From an uncultured Planctomycetota bacterium (GTDB lineage Bacteria > Planctomycetota > Planctomycetia > Isosphaerales > Isosphaeraceae): 64,000 bases of DNA. The notes under the pieces were generated by a model. The model was not told where the DNA came from. It did not search any database and saw only the letters and a list, made by a program, of their open reading frames with translations. Location of the stretch: NCBI GenBank assembly GCA_963737655.1, contig CAVTTN010000002.1, positions 1,856,001 to 1,920,000 of the forward strand. The letters are read 5' to 3'. Below are positions 50,219 through 62,867 of the stretch, piece by piece; position 1 is the stretch's first letter; every line of letters begins with the position of its first letter. The position numbers and the translations under genes were made by a program.

Positions 50219-50503
50219 GGCCTCTATCCCTCGCCGTTGGGGGAGCGCCGGCCCGAGAGAAGGGGCGGCGCGTCCCGACGGGACCGCCCGCGATCGAGGC
50301 GGCGCATGCCGTCCCCCTGGGCGGTCCCACAGTGCCGCGAAATCAAAGAACCGGGGAGAAAAGGCCGAAGATCGGCGAGGAGGGCGCTGGGTCGAGGGTT
50401 CCGACGTCTCCGTCACCCCGAAGCCGGGGACGACCCAGGAACCGTCTGTGCAAATTCTATTCCGAGGCCTGGGTTGCCGTCAAACCCGCCCTGGCCCTCA
50501 AGC

Positions 50504-51229
50504 TCACGGGAGCAGGTCCTTCACCGCGATCCGGCCGACCTCGACGCCGTCGAGGACCACCGGGACCTCCCGATCGGCCCCGAAATCGGCCCTCTGACGA
50601 TAGCCCGGCGCGTCCGAGGGGCCGGACGGCTCGGTGTAGACCTCGACCTGCCGGGCGACGAGGTTCACGATCCAGTAGATCGGGACGCCTTCGTGGGCGT
50701 AGAGGCGTTTCTTGAAGTTACGATCGAAGCTCACGGTCGAATCCGAGACCTCCACCAGCAGGGCGATGTCTTCGGGGCCCGGGTGGCGAGCGGCGAACAT
50801 CCGGGACGTCCCCCGGATCACCTGGACGTCGGGGAGGGGTTCGGTGTCGGTCCTCGGGAGGGAGGAGGGCATCTCCTGATCGACGTAATAACCGGCGGGG
50901 ACGATCCGCGCCAACTCCTCGCGGGTCTGGTACGTGGTGAACCGATGCGGCGGTTTGATGGGTGCCCTGGCGACGAGCCAGCCTCCCAGGAGTTCGACGT
51001 GTTCGAGGTCGGAGGCGTGGTCCGCGAGGTGGAACTGGTCCAAGGTCAGCCGGTGGAGCGGCCCGGACGGCCCCCCTCGGCGGAGGAGGCCGTCGATGAG
51101 GTCCACGTCGCCCGGCAGCGCCCCCGCCTCCCTCGCCCGATCGAATTGCTCGGGCGAGAGGCGGAAGAGGCGATCGACGGGCACGCCGTCGGCCTCGGGG
51201 GTCGGCGTTCGGGTCGCGAGGGTCGTCAT
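50504..51229 (-). CDS. Uma2 family endonuclease
   Basis: EPLPDV, LLVEVSDST, KKRLYA..GVPIYWIVNL; GGAGG RBS. Confidence 0.9.
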   Translation of the reverse strand: MTTLATRTPTPEADGVPVDRLFRLSPEQFDRAREAGALPGDVDLIDGLLRRGGPSGPLHRLTLDQFHLADHASDLEHVELLGGWLVARAPIKPPHRFTTYQTREELARIVPAGYYVDQEMPSSLPRTDTEPLPDVQVIRGTSRMFAARHPGPEDIALLVEVSDSTVSFDRNFKKRLYAHEGVPIYWIVNLVARQVEVYTEPSGPSDAPGYRQRADFGADREVPVVLDGVEVGRIAVKDLLP

Positions 51230-51269
51230 CGGGCGGGCCTCCTCGGGAGGGGTCGGGGCTCCGGTCGGC

Positions 51270-53330
<2,061 letters not shown>

Positions 53331-53623
53331 GAGCGGTCTCCCTCCTGAGCGGTGGATCCGTCGAATGGGTGCGCGGGTCCGCGGGACGCGGAGTTGATCC
53401 GGGCTTGCCTCGATGGACGTCGCGGGCCCGCGCCGGTCCCGTCGTCCTCGATGATTCGAGGCCCCGCCGAATTGTCAAGCTGTCGGGTGTGGGGAATTCG
53501 GGCTCGGAGACGCGCCGATCGGGCCGCGGATCGAGAGGCGAAGGCGGCCCGAAAGGGCGGGCGGAGAGGCCGTCGCGGGCGAGGTCGTCATCGACCGCGA
53601 GAGGCTCCAGGTCAGCACCTTCG

Positions 53624-53652
53624 ATTACAACCCCGGGCCATCAACCTGTCAA
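53624..53652 (-). promoter_or_regulatory. Putative sigma70 promoter of the prkA operon
   Basis: Minus strand TTGACA-17 nt-TGTAAT. Confidence 0.45.
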
Positions 53653-53670
53653 GCGGATCGCCGGGGGCGT

Positions 53671-55020
53671 TCAGAGGCCCGGGGCCTTCTCGCCCGCCGC
53701 GACCAGGCCCTCGTCGACCCAGGGAGAGTCCCCGGCGTCTCCCCGGGCCGAGCCCAGTTCGACCAGGGCCGCCAGGGCGATCAGGCCGACCGGCAGGGTG
53801 GCGTAGTGGGCGTAGCCGTCGGCCGCCAGGAGGACCCACGGCTGGGCCGGCAGCGCCAGGACGGCGTAATAGGCCACGCCCGCCAGCCCTCCGGCCGCCA
53901 GGCCCGCCAGGGCGAGCGTCGCGGCGAGCCGACCCCCTTCGGCCCTGAGCATCCGCCCGTAGCCTCGCAAGGCGCTTCCCCAGGTGCCTCGCGACCAGGC
54001 CGCCGCCCCGGCCACGCCCACGACGGCCAGGGCCCCGGCCTGCAGGCCCACCAGGCCCCAGCCCTTCATGAACGTGGAGACCCAGGCCGAGCGGATCAGG
54101 TTCGCCGGCAGGTGATAGAAGACCGCCAGGCCCAGCCCCGAGGCCACGTACCTCGCCGGGAGGCCCACCAGGCACGCCAGCAAGGAGGCCGGGGCGATCG
54201 CCAGGGCACCCGCGACGTCGAACCCCTCGGGCTCTTCCCCGCCGGGCGACCCTCGGAGCTCGACGAGCACCCACGACAGGATCACCGCATCGGACAGGGC
54301 CATCAGCGCCGGCACCACCCCGGCCTCGACCAGCAGGCACCCGCCCAGGGGCTTGCCCGAGTCGCTGTCGTACACGAGGCTCCCGAGCCGGTAGAGCAGG
54401 TAGAGCCCGGAACCGCCCCAGCACGCGGTCGTCCAGCCGGTCAACGCCGCAGCCGAGCCGCTCATCGGCGCCTCGACCTGGCCCCAGCGGTCGGCCGAGA
54501 ACTTGAAGACCAGGGCCGTGGCCCCGAGGAGCAGGATCCAGGTGTCGCCCAGGCCCAGGACGTCTCGCAGGGGGGTGAGACCGGCGAGCTCGCCCTGCTC
54601 GATGGCCACCTCGGCCCGGGCCTTGCGATTCAGGAGGACGCCGAGCTCTTCCTTCTTCTCGGTCTTCGCGTGCAGGGGGGTCTGCCAGGCGGTCCAGGCG
54701 ATGACCGTCGCCCCCAGGAGGACGGCCACGAGCCGGCCGGTCCGTCGCAAGCGGCCCAGGGCCGCCGAGAAGAGCCGGGCGTGGCCCCGCAGGTCCAGGA
54801 ACTGGCCCAGGGCCCGGCGGGGGCCTTGCGCGAAGATCGCCAGGAGGAGCACCGCCGAGATCCCGGCCAGCCACGCCCACAGCCCGACCTTGCTCTCGCC
54901 CGCCGAGGGCGAGGAGAGCGTCAGGCTCCAGAGCCATCGCTTGTACGCCAGGAGGGCGGCCGCGTCCGGGTCGGTCCCCGGGGTCACCTGGGCCAGAAGC
55001 CCCGCGATCGTCGATGACAT
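53671..55020 (-). CDS. Multi-pass membrane protein of unknown function
   Basis: About ten hydrophobic segments; co-oriented with the two upstream genes. Confidence 0.75.
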   Translation of the reverse strand: MSSTIAGLLAQVTPGTDPDAAALLAYKRWLWSLTLSSPSAGESKVGLWAWLAGISAVLLLAIFAQGPRRALGQFLDLRGHARLFSAALGRLRRTGRLVAVLLGATVIAWTAWQTPLHAKTEKKEELGVLLNRKARAEVAIEQGELAGLTPLRDVLGLGDTWILLLGATALVFKFSADRWGQVEAPMSGSAAALTGWTTACWGGSGLYLLYRLGSLVYDSDSGKPLGGCLLVEAGVVPALMALSDAVILSWVLVELRGSPGGEEPEGFDVAGALAIAPASLLACLVGLPARYVASGLGLAVFYHLPANLIRSAWVSTFMKGWGLVGLQAGALAVVGVAGAAAWSRGTWGSALRGYGRMLRAEGGRLAATLALAGLAAGGLAGVAYYAVLALPAQPWVLLAADGYAHYATLPVGLIALAALVELGSARGDAGDSPWVDEGLVAAGEKAPGL

Positions 55021-55135
55021 GTCCAAGGCGCAAGCCCCCCGATCGGCCGTCCCCGAGCGGCCCTGGGCGCGATCTTAATGCAACGGCCGGGTCGGACGCC
55101 AGGATCTACGAAAAAATTCGTGGAGCGAGCCCCCG

Positions 55136-57355
55136 TCACCGACGACCGGCCCGGCGGAGGACCGGATCGGGGGCCATCGCGTCGGCGGGTCGCCCGTAGC
55201 GATAGTAGACCTCCAGGGTCATCGCGGCGAGGGCCGTCGCGTAGATCCGGCCCCCTCGGTCGTCGTACACGCTCTTGCTGTCCCGGGCGTCCCAGCTCCC
55301 GGCCTGGTGACCGGAGGTCTTCTGGAGGGCGATCAATCCGTCGCGGACCCGGGCGTTCCAGCGGTCCCACGACTCCCCGCCGTTCTGGAACATGGCGAGG
55401 GAGCCATAATACCAGTAATAAAAATTGACCCGGCCGCGGTCCGGGGCATTGGCCAGGAGAAACCGGGCGGCCTCGTCGCTGGCCGGTCCGGGCCCGCCGA
55501 CCCCGAGGAACTGCCGGCAGGCCCAGGCCTCGGCCGTCATGGTCGGCGTGCGGTTCCGGCCCGGCTGGTAGTTGCTGGCGCCTCCATACGGCCCTTCGCC
55601 GGGCCGGTACACGGCCAGGCCCTTCTCCGGCCCTTCGGCCACGAGGTTCAGCCAGGTCCTTGCCCCGGCGCGGACGCCGTCCGGGACCGGGATGCCCACC
55701 TCTCGGGCCGATTTGATCACCAGGACGGCCCAGCCCAGGACGCTCGTATCCCCGGACGCCTCTCCCGGGCCGTATCGCCAGGAGAGGCCGTCGGCCGCCC
55801 TCGACCGAACCAGGAACGCCACGCCCTTCTCCGCCGGCCCTCGGAGCGACTGATCCGCGGTCAGGGCGTAGGCCTCGCAGAGGGCGAGCGTGGCCATCGC
55901 GTGGCAGTACATGCCCACGGTCCGGCTCGGCCCCCGGAGGTCGCCGTCCCCCTTCTGCGAGAGCTTCAGGAATTCCAGCCCTCGGGCCACCGTCGAGGCA
56001 TATTTGCCCCCCGGAGTCCGATGGGTCTGGCCGTTGCCGAGGTAGGCCAGGAGGGCCAGGCCGGTCAGGGCGGTGTCGGCCTCCCAGTAGTAGCATTCGC
56101 CCGAGCAGGCGTCGCCGGGAGGGCAGTGCTGGGTGAAGTTGGCCTCGCCCGGGACGACCGAGCCGTCGGAATATTTCTTCGTCCCGGCGTTCCACCGGCC
56201 GTCGGCGTCCTGATGGCGGGCCAGCCATTCCAGGGCCTTCTCCACGGCCTCCTCGCTCGCCGCCGAGGCGCCCGAGCGCTCGGCCTTGACGAACCGATCG
56301 GGCGCGACCCGGATGCCCAGCGACTCGGGGACCTCGACCGGGGGAAGCCCCGAGGACGGGGCCGGCAGCGAGGGCATCCGGCTCCCGCCCGAAGGCGTCG
56401 TCCGGGCGATCGCGATCGGGGCCAGCCCCGCCGTCGAGCGACGATCCGGAAGGCCGATCGCCGCGCCCCGGACGCCCCGGACCTGATCCCGGAGGTCCTC
56501 GCCGGGCGGAGGCACGTCGCCCGCGACCTCCGCCGGCCGGGACGGCTCGCGAGCGATCGGCGGCTCGGGGGCCGGGGGCACGGGCGGGCCGTCCGGCGAG
56601 CCCCGGTCCTCTCGGCCTCCGTTCATCGAGGGAAGGTCGGCCAGCTTCGGCTCGGCGGGTTCGGCCGGGGCCAATTCGGGCCGCGAGCGGCCCGCGGGCG
56701 TCTCCGAGGCGGACGCGGCCCGGGCCACGCGAATTCGACCATCCGGCGACGGCGACGGAACCCCCTCGGCCGGAGGGGGTGCGGCCTCGGGCGGGAGGTC
56801 TTCGGGACGGATCGGCGCGACGGCCACTTCGATCGGAGGCGCCGGCGAGGGGCCGGCGCCGTCCTCGGGACTCGCGATTTCCGGCGACGAGGGCTCCGGC
56901 GGCGAGACCGAGGGGGGCGCCACCGGCTCGGCCCGGTCCGGGGGGGCGGGCGGTTCGTCGGGTCTCGTGACGCGGCGGGCCTCGATCGGGTCGAGGTCGG
57001 ACGCGGGGAGCGTATCCCGGAGCCGGTCCCACTCCGCGACCCATCGGCCCGGATGGCCCGGGGTCGGCCGTTCGGGGCCGCCTCCGCGATCCACCGAGAC
57101 GACCCGAATGGATTGAATCCGGTCCGCGCCCGGCCCCTCGGCCGGCCCGGCCGCCCCGATCCCCCCGGAGTACACGACGAGGCCGAGGTGGGCGAGGATC
57201 GACAGGACGAGGCACTTCCTGAGGACCCGTCGCGATCCCCAGCTCGTCCAGGCCATCACGCCGAGGATCAGGGCGACGACGGCCAGGCTGATCCAGATGC
57301 CCAGGTCGGCGCGGATCAGCCGGAGGAACGGTTCGAGGTCCAGGCCGTCGCTCAT
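55136..57355 (-). CDS. Membrane-anchored prenyltransferase/squalene-oxidase repeat protein
   Basis: N-terminal TMs, Pro-rich linker, ALEWLARHQDADGRW, TGLALLAYLG, MYCHAMATLALCEAY, YYWYYG and GGRIYATA..LEVYYRY. Confidence 0.85.
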   Translation of the reverse strand: MSDGLDLEPFLRLIRADLGIWISLAVVALILGVMAWTSWGSRRVLRKCLVLSILAHLGLVVYSGGIGAAGPAEGPGADRIQSIRVVSVDRGGGPERPTPGHPGRWVAEWDRLRDTLPASDLDPIEARRVTRPDEPPAPPDRAEPVAPPSVSPPEPSSPEIASPEDGAGPSPAPPIEVAVAPIRPEDLPPEAAPPPAEGVPSPSPDGRIRVARAASASETPAGRSRPELAPAEPAEPKLADLPSMNGGREDRGSPDGPPVPPAPEPPIAREPSRPAEVAGDVPPPGEDLRDQVRGVRGAAIGLPDRRSTAGLAPIAIARTTPSGGSRMPSLPAPSSGLPPVEVPESLGIRVAPDRFVKAERSGASAASEEAVEKALEWLARHQDADGRWNAGTKKYSDGSVVPGEANFTQHCPPGDACSGECYYWEADTALTGLALLAYLGNGQTHRTPGGKYASTVARGLEFLKLSQKGDGDLRGPSRTVGMYCHAMATLALCEAYALTADQSLRGPAEKGVAFLVRSRAADGLSWRYGPGEASGDTSVLGWAVLVIKSAREVGIPVPDGVRAGARTWLNLVAEGPEKGLAVYRPGEGPYGGASNYQPGRNRTPTMTAEAWACRQFLGVGGPGPASDEAARFLLANAPDRGRVNFYYWYYGSLAMFQNGGESWDRWNARVRDGLIALQKTSGHQAGSWDARDSKSVYDDRGGRIYATALAAMTLEVYYRYGRPADAMAPDPVLRRAGRR

Positions 57356-57407
57356 CGTTCCCCCTGATCCGTCCGGGGCCGGGCCGGGCCTTCCCTCTCG
57401 GATCGGA

Positions 57408-58250
57408 TCAGTCCGATTCGAGGGGGATCTCGGCGCGGGAAGTGTGAGGCGAGCCTCCGGTCGGCCCGGCCGGCTCCTTGCGAATCTTCCGCCTCGGGGC
57501 CTCGATCGGGGCGGCCAGGGCGATGGCGTCCACGGCCTCGGCCCCCAGGCGATCGAGCCGCCCGGCCAGCCCCTCGACGCGACCGACCAGGCCGTCGTAC
57601 AGCACCAAGCTGAGGATAGCCAGGGCGACACTGGCGGTCAACGGAGCCAGGGCCGAGGCCACGGTCGGGCCCCACGCCGGGCCGGCCGTCGCCAGGGCCC
57701 GCCCGATCAGCCGGAGCGACCCGAGCAGGCCGATCATCGGCGCCAGGGCGGCGATCCTCCGAAGCGTGCCGACATTCCTCCGCAGGCGATCGACCTCGAT
57801 CTGACGGGCCAGGGCCACGCCTCGCTCCATGTCGGCCGCCGGCCGGCCCCAGCGGCGGACGGCCGCCAGGACGATCCGGGCCGCCGGGCTCGGGTTCAGC
57901 TCGCAATAATCCAGCGACTTGCCCCGGTCCAGCTTCCCCTCGACCAGCCGGGTATGGAACCGGTCGAGGTACGCCTGAGGGATCAGCCGCGTCCGCCGCG
58001 ATCGGGCGAGCCTCTCCAGGGTCACGACCAGCCCGAAGGCGGCGCAGGCCGCCAGGCCGCCCCAGGTGGCCCGCTCGTCGGCCGGGGTCCGGCGATACCA
58101 GTCCAGGGCGGTGCGGGCGACCTTCTTCGCCTGGGCCTCGGCCCATTCGACGGCCGGAGGCCGCCCGTCCGCCCCTCCCGCGAAGAGCAATACCGTCAAG
58201 GCCAGGGCCGCGACGGTCCCCGCCCGACTCCTGGTCGAGATTCGTCTCAT
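57408..58250 (-). CDS. MotA/TolQ/ExbB family protein (degenerate)
   Basis: VTLERL, SPAARIV, LRRIAALAPMIGLLGS and three TM segments. Confidence 0.78.
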   Translation of the reverse strand: MRRISTRSRAGTVAALALTVLLFAGGADGRPPAVEWAEAQAKKVARTALDWYRRTPADERATWGGLAACAAFGLVVTLERLARSRRTRLIPQAYLDRFHTRLVEGKLDRGKSLDYCELNPSPAARIVLAAVRRWGRPAADMERGVALARQIEVDRLRRNVGTLRRIAALAPMIGLLGSLRLIGRALATAGPAWGPTVASALAPLTASVALAILSLVLYDGLVGRVEGLAGRLDRLGAEAVDAIALAAPIEAPRRKIRKEPAGPTGGSPHTSRAEIPLESD

Positions 58251-58526
58251 GGCGGTCGATCCCTCATCGCCTGATGCGGCCCCGGCCCGGGAACGCCGAG
58301 CGACCCCATCGGCCCTCGTCCAGAGATCGGCCGGAGACGGCCCCGAGAATGATCGAAAGCCGGGCGAGCCCGCCCCGGCCGGAGTCCGATTCCTGCGGGG
58401 CGCGTTTCTCGCTAGAATGCAGCCTCACCTCGTCGCCATTCTCCGTCCGCCGGGCCGTCCCGGCCCCGTTTTCGCCCGCTCGCCCGGCCGAGGGGCCCTC
58501 CGCTCCGCATCCGCAGGGGATCTCGC

Positions 58527-58985
58527 ATGGAACCGCAACCGTCCAAGGGCCTCCCGAGAATCCTGATCGCCGACGACAACCTCCAGAACGTCGAGCTCCT
58601 GGACGCCTACCTCGGCGAGGTCGAATGCGAGATCCGCACCGCCTCCGACGGCGAGGAGACGCTCCGGGCCGTCGAGGAGTTCCGCCCGGACCTCGTCCTG
58701 CTCGACGTGATGATGCCCCGGCTCTCGGGCTTCGAGGTCTGCCGGAAGCTCCGGGCCAACCCGGCCACCAAGGAAACCCTCGTCCTGATGGTCACCGCCC
58801 TGAACGAGGCCAGCGACTTCGAACGAGGCGTCCAGGCCGGCACCGACGACTTCCTGACCAAGCCGGTCAACAAAGTCGAACTGCTCTGCCGGATCAAGAG
58901 CCTGCTGAGGGTCCGGCACCTCAAGAACCAGCTCGACCGGACCCTCGCCTACCTCGCCGAGGTCGAGACCTCCAGTCGGATGTAG
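58527..58985 (+). CDS. Single-domain response regulator
   Basis: ILIADD, LLDVMMP, VTAL and FLTKP. Confidence 0.93.
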   Translation: MEPQPSKGLPRILIADDNLQNVELLDAYLGEVECEIRTASDGEETLRAVEEFRPDLVLLDVMMPRLSGFEVCRKLRANPATKETLVLMVTALNEASDFERGVQAGTDDFLTKPVNKVELLCRIKSLLRVRHLKNQLDRTLAYLAEVETSSRM

Positions 58986-59118
58986 GGTGCATGCAATGCA
59001 CCAACCCCGCGGCGGCCCATCGGCCGCCCACCGTTTCCTCTTCGAATTCAAGATTCGAAACGGGACATGCCAGGCGGCCGATGGCCTCGGCATGCTTGGT
59101 GCATTTCATGCACCCTAC
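58982..59118. repeat. GTAG-type REP doublet
   Basis: GTAGGGTGCATGCAATGCACCAA ... TTGGTGCATTTCATGCACCCTAC; both GTAG ends contain the TAG stops of the flanking convergent genes. Confidence 0.9.
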
Positions 59119-59967
59119 ATGACGGTATTGGTCAGCGTGCCGATGCCGTCGATGGCGATGCTCACGGTGTCGCCCGAGGCGAGGGTGAACTCGTCGGGCG
59201 GGACGACCCCGGTGCCCGTCAGGAGGAGGACGCCGTCGGGGAAGAGGTTGTCCCGGCCGAGCCAGTCGATCAGCTCGGCGAAGGAGCGGGCCATCCGGCC
59301 CACGGAGGTCGTCCCCTCGAAGGCCGGGGCGCCTCCGCGATCGATCGTCAGGCGGATGGAGACCTCGGCCGCCGGGGGCATGGCGCCGGCCAGGGTGATC
59401 CAGGGGCCGAGGGCGCAGGAGCCGTCATAGACCTTCGCCTGGGGCAGATACAGCGGGTTGCGGCCCTCGATGTCTCGGGCGCTCACGTCGTTGCCCACCG
59501 TGTAGCCCACGATGCGGAGATCCGGCGAGAGCACCAGCACGAGTTCCGGCTCGGGGACGCTCCATCGCGAGTCGGACCGGACGCGGATCGCCCCTCCGGG
59601 CCCCGACCACGCGCCGGGCCGTGGCCTTGAAGAACAGTTCGGGACGGTCGGCCGTGTACACGAGATCATAGAACGAGCCGCCGGTCTCCGATTCCTCTTC
59701 GCGGGCGACCTTGCTCCGTTCATAAGTCACCCCGGCGCCCCAGATTTCCTGGTCGTCGATCGGCGGGAGCAGGCGGACGCTGTCCAGGGCGAACGTGGGC
59801 CCGGACGGGCTGGCGGCCACGGCCGCCTCGGGCGATTCGGCGGCGAGCAACCGGGAGAGGAGGTTGGCGTCGGCCTCGCCCTCGGCCCCGATCGACCGGA
59901 CGACCCCGGGCCCGACGGTCCCCACGCGGACGGCCCCCTCGGGATCGACGAACTTGGCAAGCTGCAT
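59115..59967 (-). CDS. Fumarylacetoacetate hydrolase family protein (apparent 1-nt insertion near 59602)
   Basis: QEIWGAGVTYERSK and RPELFFK in one frame; VPEPEL, GNDVSARDIEG.NPLYLPQAKVY and LLTGTG in the next. Confidence 0.88.
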
Positions 59968-60220
59968 GGCGAGATCGTCCGGTTCCTGATAAAAATGCCC
60001 GGCCGGCGGCCCGAGTCTCCTCCTCTCTGATACCCTGCGCCCGGTGGTCGGGTCAATCGGCGGGGTCGAGGAACGGGGTCGCCGCGACCCCGGCGAGAAC
60101 CGGCCGGATCGGAGAAATGGGTGGAGTCGGGTCCGGGGCCGGACCGATAGGCGAGTTAGGGAAGCCCTTCCGAAGGATGCGGAGGGCGAGCAAATCGGGC
60201 CCAGACGAGTCGAGGCAAGG

Positions 60221-61480
60221 ATGCCCGAACGGATCGTGATCGTGGGCCACTCGGCGGTGACCTGCCTGGGTCGCTCGATGGACGCGACCTGGGAGGCCCT
60301 GATCGCCGGCCGGTCGGGTCTCCGGCGGCACACCTCGCTCCGCCCCGACGCCTTCCTCCAGGACATCGCCGGGATGGTCGAGGGCGTCGGCCCCGGATCG
60401 CCGGGCGAAGACCCGGCCGTCTCCCGCCTGGGCGCCCGATGCATCCACCTGGGCCTCCTCGCGGCTCGCCAGGCCGTGGCCGACGCCGGGCTCGATCCGC
60501 CGACGGACCTGGACCCGGACCGCGTCGCCCTAATCGTCGGCACCGCCCTGGGCGGGATGGACCTCCTCGACGCCGAATCGGCCAAGGCGGCGACGAGGAA
60601 GAACCTCGCCACGAGCCCGTATCTGATCCCCGGGCTGATCGCCAACCAGACGGCCGGGCAGGTCGCCCAGCACCTGAAATTCTTCGGCCCGAGCCTGGCG
60701 CCGGCCAACGCCTGCGCCTCCGGCGGCCACGCGATCGCCCTGGGCGGGATGATGCTCCGATCGGGCGAGGCGGACCTGGCCCTCTGCGGGGCGTCCGAAA
60801 GCGCGTTCACGCCTCCGATCGTCAACGGGTTCGCCACGATGAAGGCCCTGCTCCCCCGGAGGCCCGAGGACCGCTCGGCCGAGGACCCGTCCCAGGCGAG
60901 CCGGCCGTTCAGCGTCGATCGCGCCGGGTTCGTCCTGGCCGAAGGGGCCGGGATGGTCGTCCTGGCGACCGAGTCGGCGGCGAGGCGGTTGAACCTCCGC
61001 CCCCAGGCCGAGCTCCTCGGCTGGGCGATGAATTCCGACGGATACCACATGGCCCTGCCCGAGCCGGGACGGGTCGCGAAGTGCCTCAAGCTCGCCCTGG
61101 ACCGCGCCGGGGTCCGGCCCGACCAGGTCGATTATTACAACGCCCACGGGACGAGCACCGTGGTCAACGACCGGATCGAGACCGGGGCGATCCGCGAGGT
61201 CTTCGGCCTCCACGCCGAGGCCCTCCCCGTCAGCTCGATCAAGGGGGCGCTGGGGCACAGCCTCGGCGCGGCCTCGGCGATCGAGGCGTCGGCCTGCGTC
61301 CGGGCGCTCCTCTCTCAGACGATCCCGCCGACGATCAACCACCGAGCCGACCCGGCCCTGGGCCTCGATTACGTCCCCGGCGAAGGCCGGGAGGCGCGGG
61401 TCGAGACGGTCCTGAGCGCCTCGTTCGGGTTCGGCGGCACCAATAACGCCCTGGTCCTGCGGAGGTGGTCCGATGCCTGA
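60221..61480 (+). CDS. fabF: Beta-ketoacyl-ACP synthase II-like enzyme
   Basis: ACASG (Cys), NAHGTST (His), KGALGHSLGA (His), SRPFSVDRAGFV and SFGFGGTN. Confidence 0.9.
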   Translation: MPERIVIVGHSAVTCLGRSMDATWEALIAGRSGLRRHTSLRPDAFLQDIAGMVEGVGPGSPGEDPAVSRLGARCIHLGLLAARQAVADAGLDPPTDLDPDRVALIVGTALGGMDLLDAESAKAATRKNLATSPYLIPGLIANQTAGQVAQHLKFFGPSLAPANACASGGHAIALGGMMLRSGEADLALCGASESAFTPPIVNGFATMKALLPRRPEDRSAEDPSQASRPFSVDRAGFVLAEGAGMVVLATESAARRLNLRPQAELLGWAMNSDGYHMALPEPGRVAKCLKLALDRAGVRPDQVDYYNAHGTSTVVNDRIETGAIREVFGLHAEALPVSSIKGALGHSLGAASAIEASACVRALLSQTIPPTINHRADPALGLDYVPGEGREARVETVLSASFGFGGTNNALVLRRWSDA

Positions 61481-61724
61481 TGCCTGTCTGCTCGGCGAAG
61501 TGATGGAGGTCGTCCGAATCGCCGGGAAGATCGCCCCGGGCGTCCCCCTCGACCCCGAGAAACGCCTGGTGGACGACCTGGGGATCGACTCGCTCGACCT
61601 CGTCGGCGTCTTCCTCGACATCCAGGACCGCTATGACGTGACCATCGACGACGAGGACCTCCCGAGCCTGCGCCGGGTCCTGGACCTGGCCGAATACGTC
61701 GAGAAGAGGCGGTCGGCGGCCTGA
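61473..61724 (+). CDS. Acyl carrier protein
   Basis: 83 aa, acidic, DLGIDSLD phosphopantetheine site; overlaps the fabF stop. Confidence 0.92.
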   Translation: MPDACLLGEVMEVVRIAGKIAPGVPLDPEKRLVDDLGIDSLDLVGVFLDIQDRYDVTIDDEDLPSLRRVLDLAEYVEKRRSAA

Positions 61725-61878
61725 TCGAGTCGGCGGCGGTGAAGAACGAAGGACGAACGCGGAGTCCATGGCGGCGGCGATGGTCGGCGGACGGGCGGTG
61801 TCGGAGGGTCGTCCCCCTCCACCGCCCCCTGACGACTGCCCCACTGCCCACTCCCCAATTCCCCCCCGGGAGTCCGGC

Positions 61879-62853
61879 ATGCAGAGGCGATGGCTCAACA
61901 TCCGCAAGGGCCTGCTGAGGATCGTCCTCCCGGCGGTCCGCAAGCTGCCGCCGGCCACGGCCTCGGGCTTCGTCACCGGGATCGGCCGGACGGAGTACGC
62001 CCTGGGCCGAAACCTCCGGACGAGGTTCGACCAGGCGGTCGAGCGGGGGGCCGGGTATTTCGGGGTCCACTGGCAGGTCCCCGAGGTCGGCCGGGCCCTG
62101 GCCGGCAACCAGATCCGCTGGAGGACCCGCGATCAGTTGCTCGACGGCCTCTCGCCCGAGACGATCGCCTCGCTGTTCGAGGTCTCCGGCCGCGATCACC
62201 TGGACGCCGCCCGGTCCGAAGGGAAGGGCGTGATCCTCCTGGGCAACCACTTCGGGGCCCATCTGATGCCGGCCCACTGGCTGGTCCGCCAGGAGTACCC
62301 GCTCCGCCTGTTCATGGAGCGTCCGCATCACATCTCGCGGTTCTTGCGGGACCATTTCGAGACCGACGGCCCCCTCGGCCAGAAGAAGCTGTTCATCTCG
62401 AGGAAGGCCGACCCGTCGGAGGCCGCCGGGTCGATCCTCCGGGCCGGTCGGGTGTTGAAGGCCGGGATGCTCGTCCTGATCGCCGGGGACGTCCGCTGGT
62501 CGGGGCCTCACACGGCCGAGGCGCGGTTCCTGGGCAGCTCGTATCGCTTCTCCGCCACGTGGGTGGCCCTGGCGGCCTTGACCGGCGCGCCGGTCATCCC
62601 CGTGTTCTGCCGGATGGACCCCGAAGGCCGGCATCACCTGGAGTTCCTGCCCGGATTCCACGTCGCCTCGGCCGCCCCGGGACGCGATCCGGCGCCCGAG
62701 TGGGTCCAATCCTGCCTTGACGCCATCGAAGAACGAGTCAAACTCCACCCCGAGAACTCCAACGACTATTTCTTCTGGGACGACCCGGACGACAACGAGG
62801 CCGTCACCGACCGATTCCGCCGGGACCGCGGCGCGGCGGCCCGTCGGGAGTGA
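61879..62853 (+). CDS. LpxL/HtrB-like lipid acyltransferase
   Basis: G.DHLDAARSEGKGVILLGNHFG, LIAGDV, LAALTGAPVIPVF and HPEN..YFFW. Confidence 0.8.
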   Translation: MQRRWLNIRKGLLRIVLPAVRKLPPATASGFVTGIGRTEYALGRNLRTRFDQAVERGAGYFGVHWQVPEVGRALAGNQIRWRTRDQLLDGLSPETIASLFEVSGRDHLDAARSEGKGVILLGNHFGAHLMPAHWLVRQEYPLRLFMERPHHISRFLRDHFETDGPLGQKKLFISRKADPSEAAGSILRAGRVLKAGMLVLIAGDVRWSGPHTAEARFLGSSYRFSATWVALAALTGAPVIPVFCRMDPEGRHHLEFLPGFHVASAAPGRDPAPEWVQSCLDAIEERVKLHPENSNDYFFWDDPDDNEAVTDRFRRDRGAAARRE

Positions 62854-62867
62854 GCCGAGGAGTCGCG

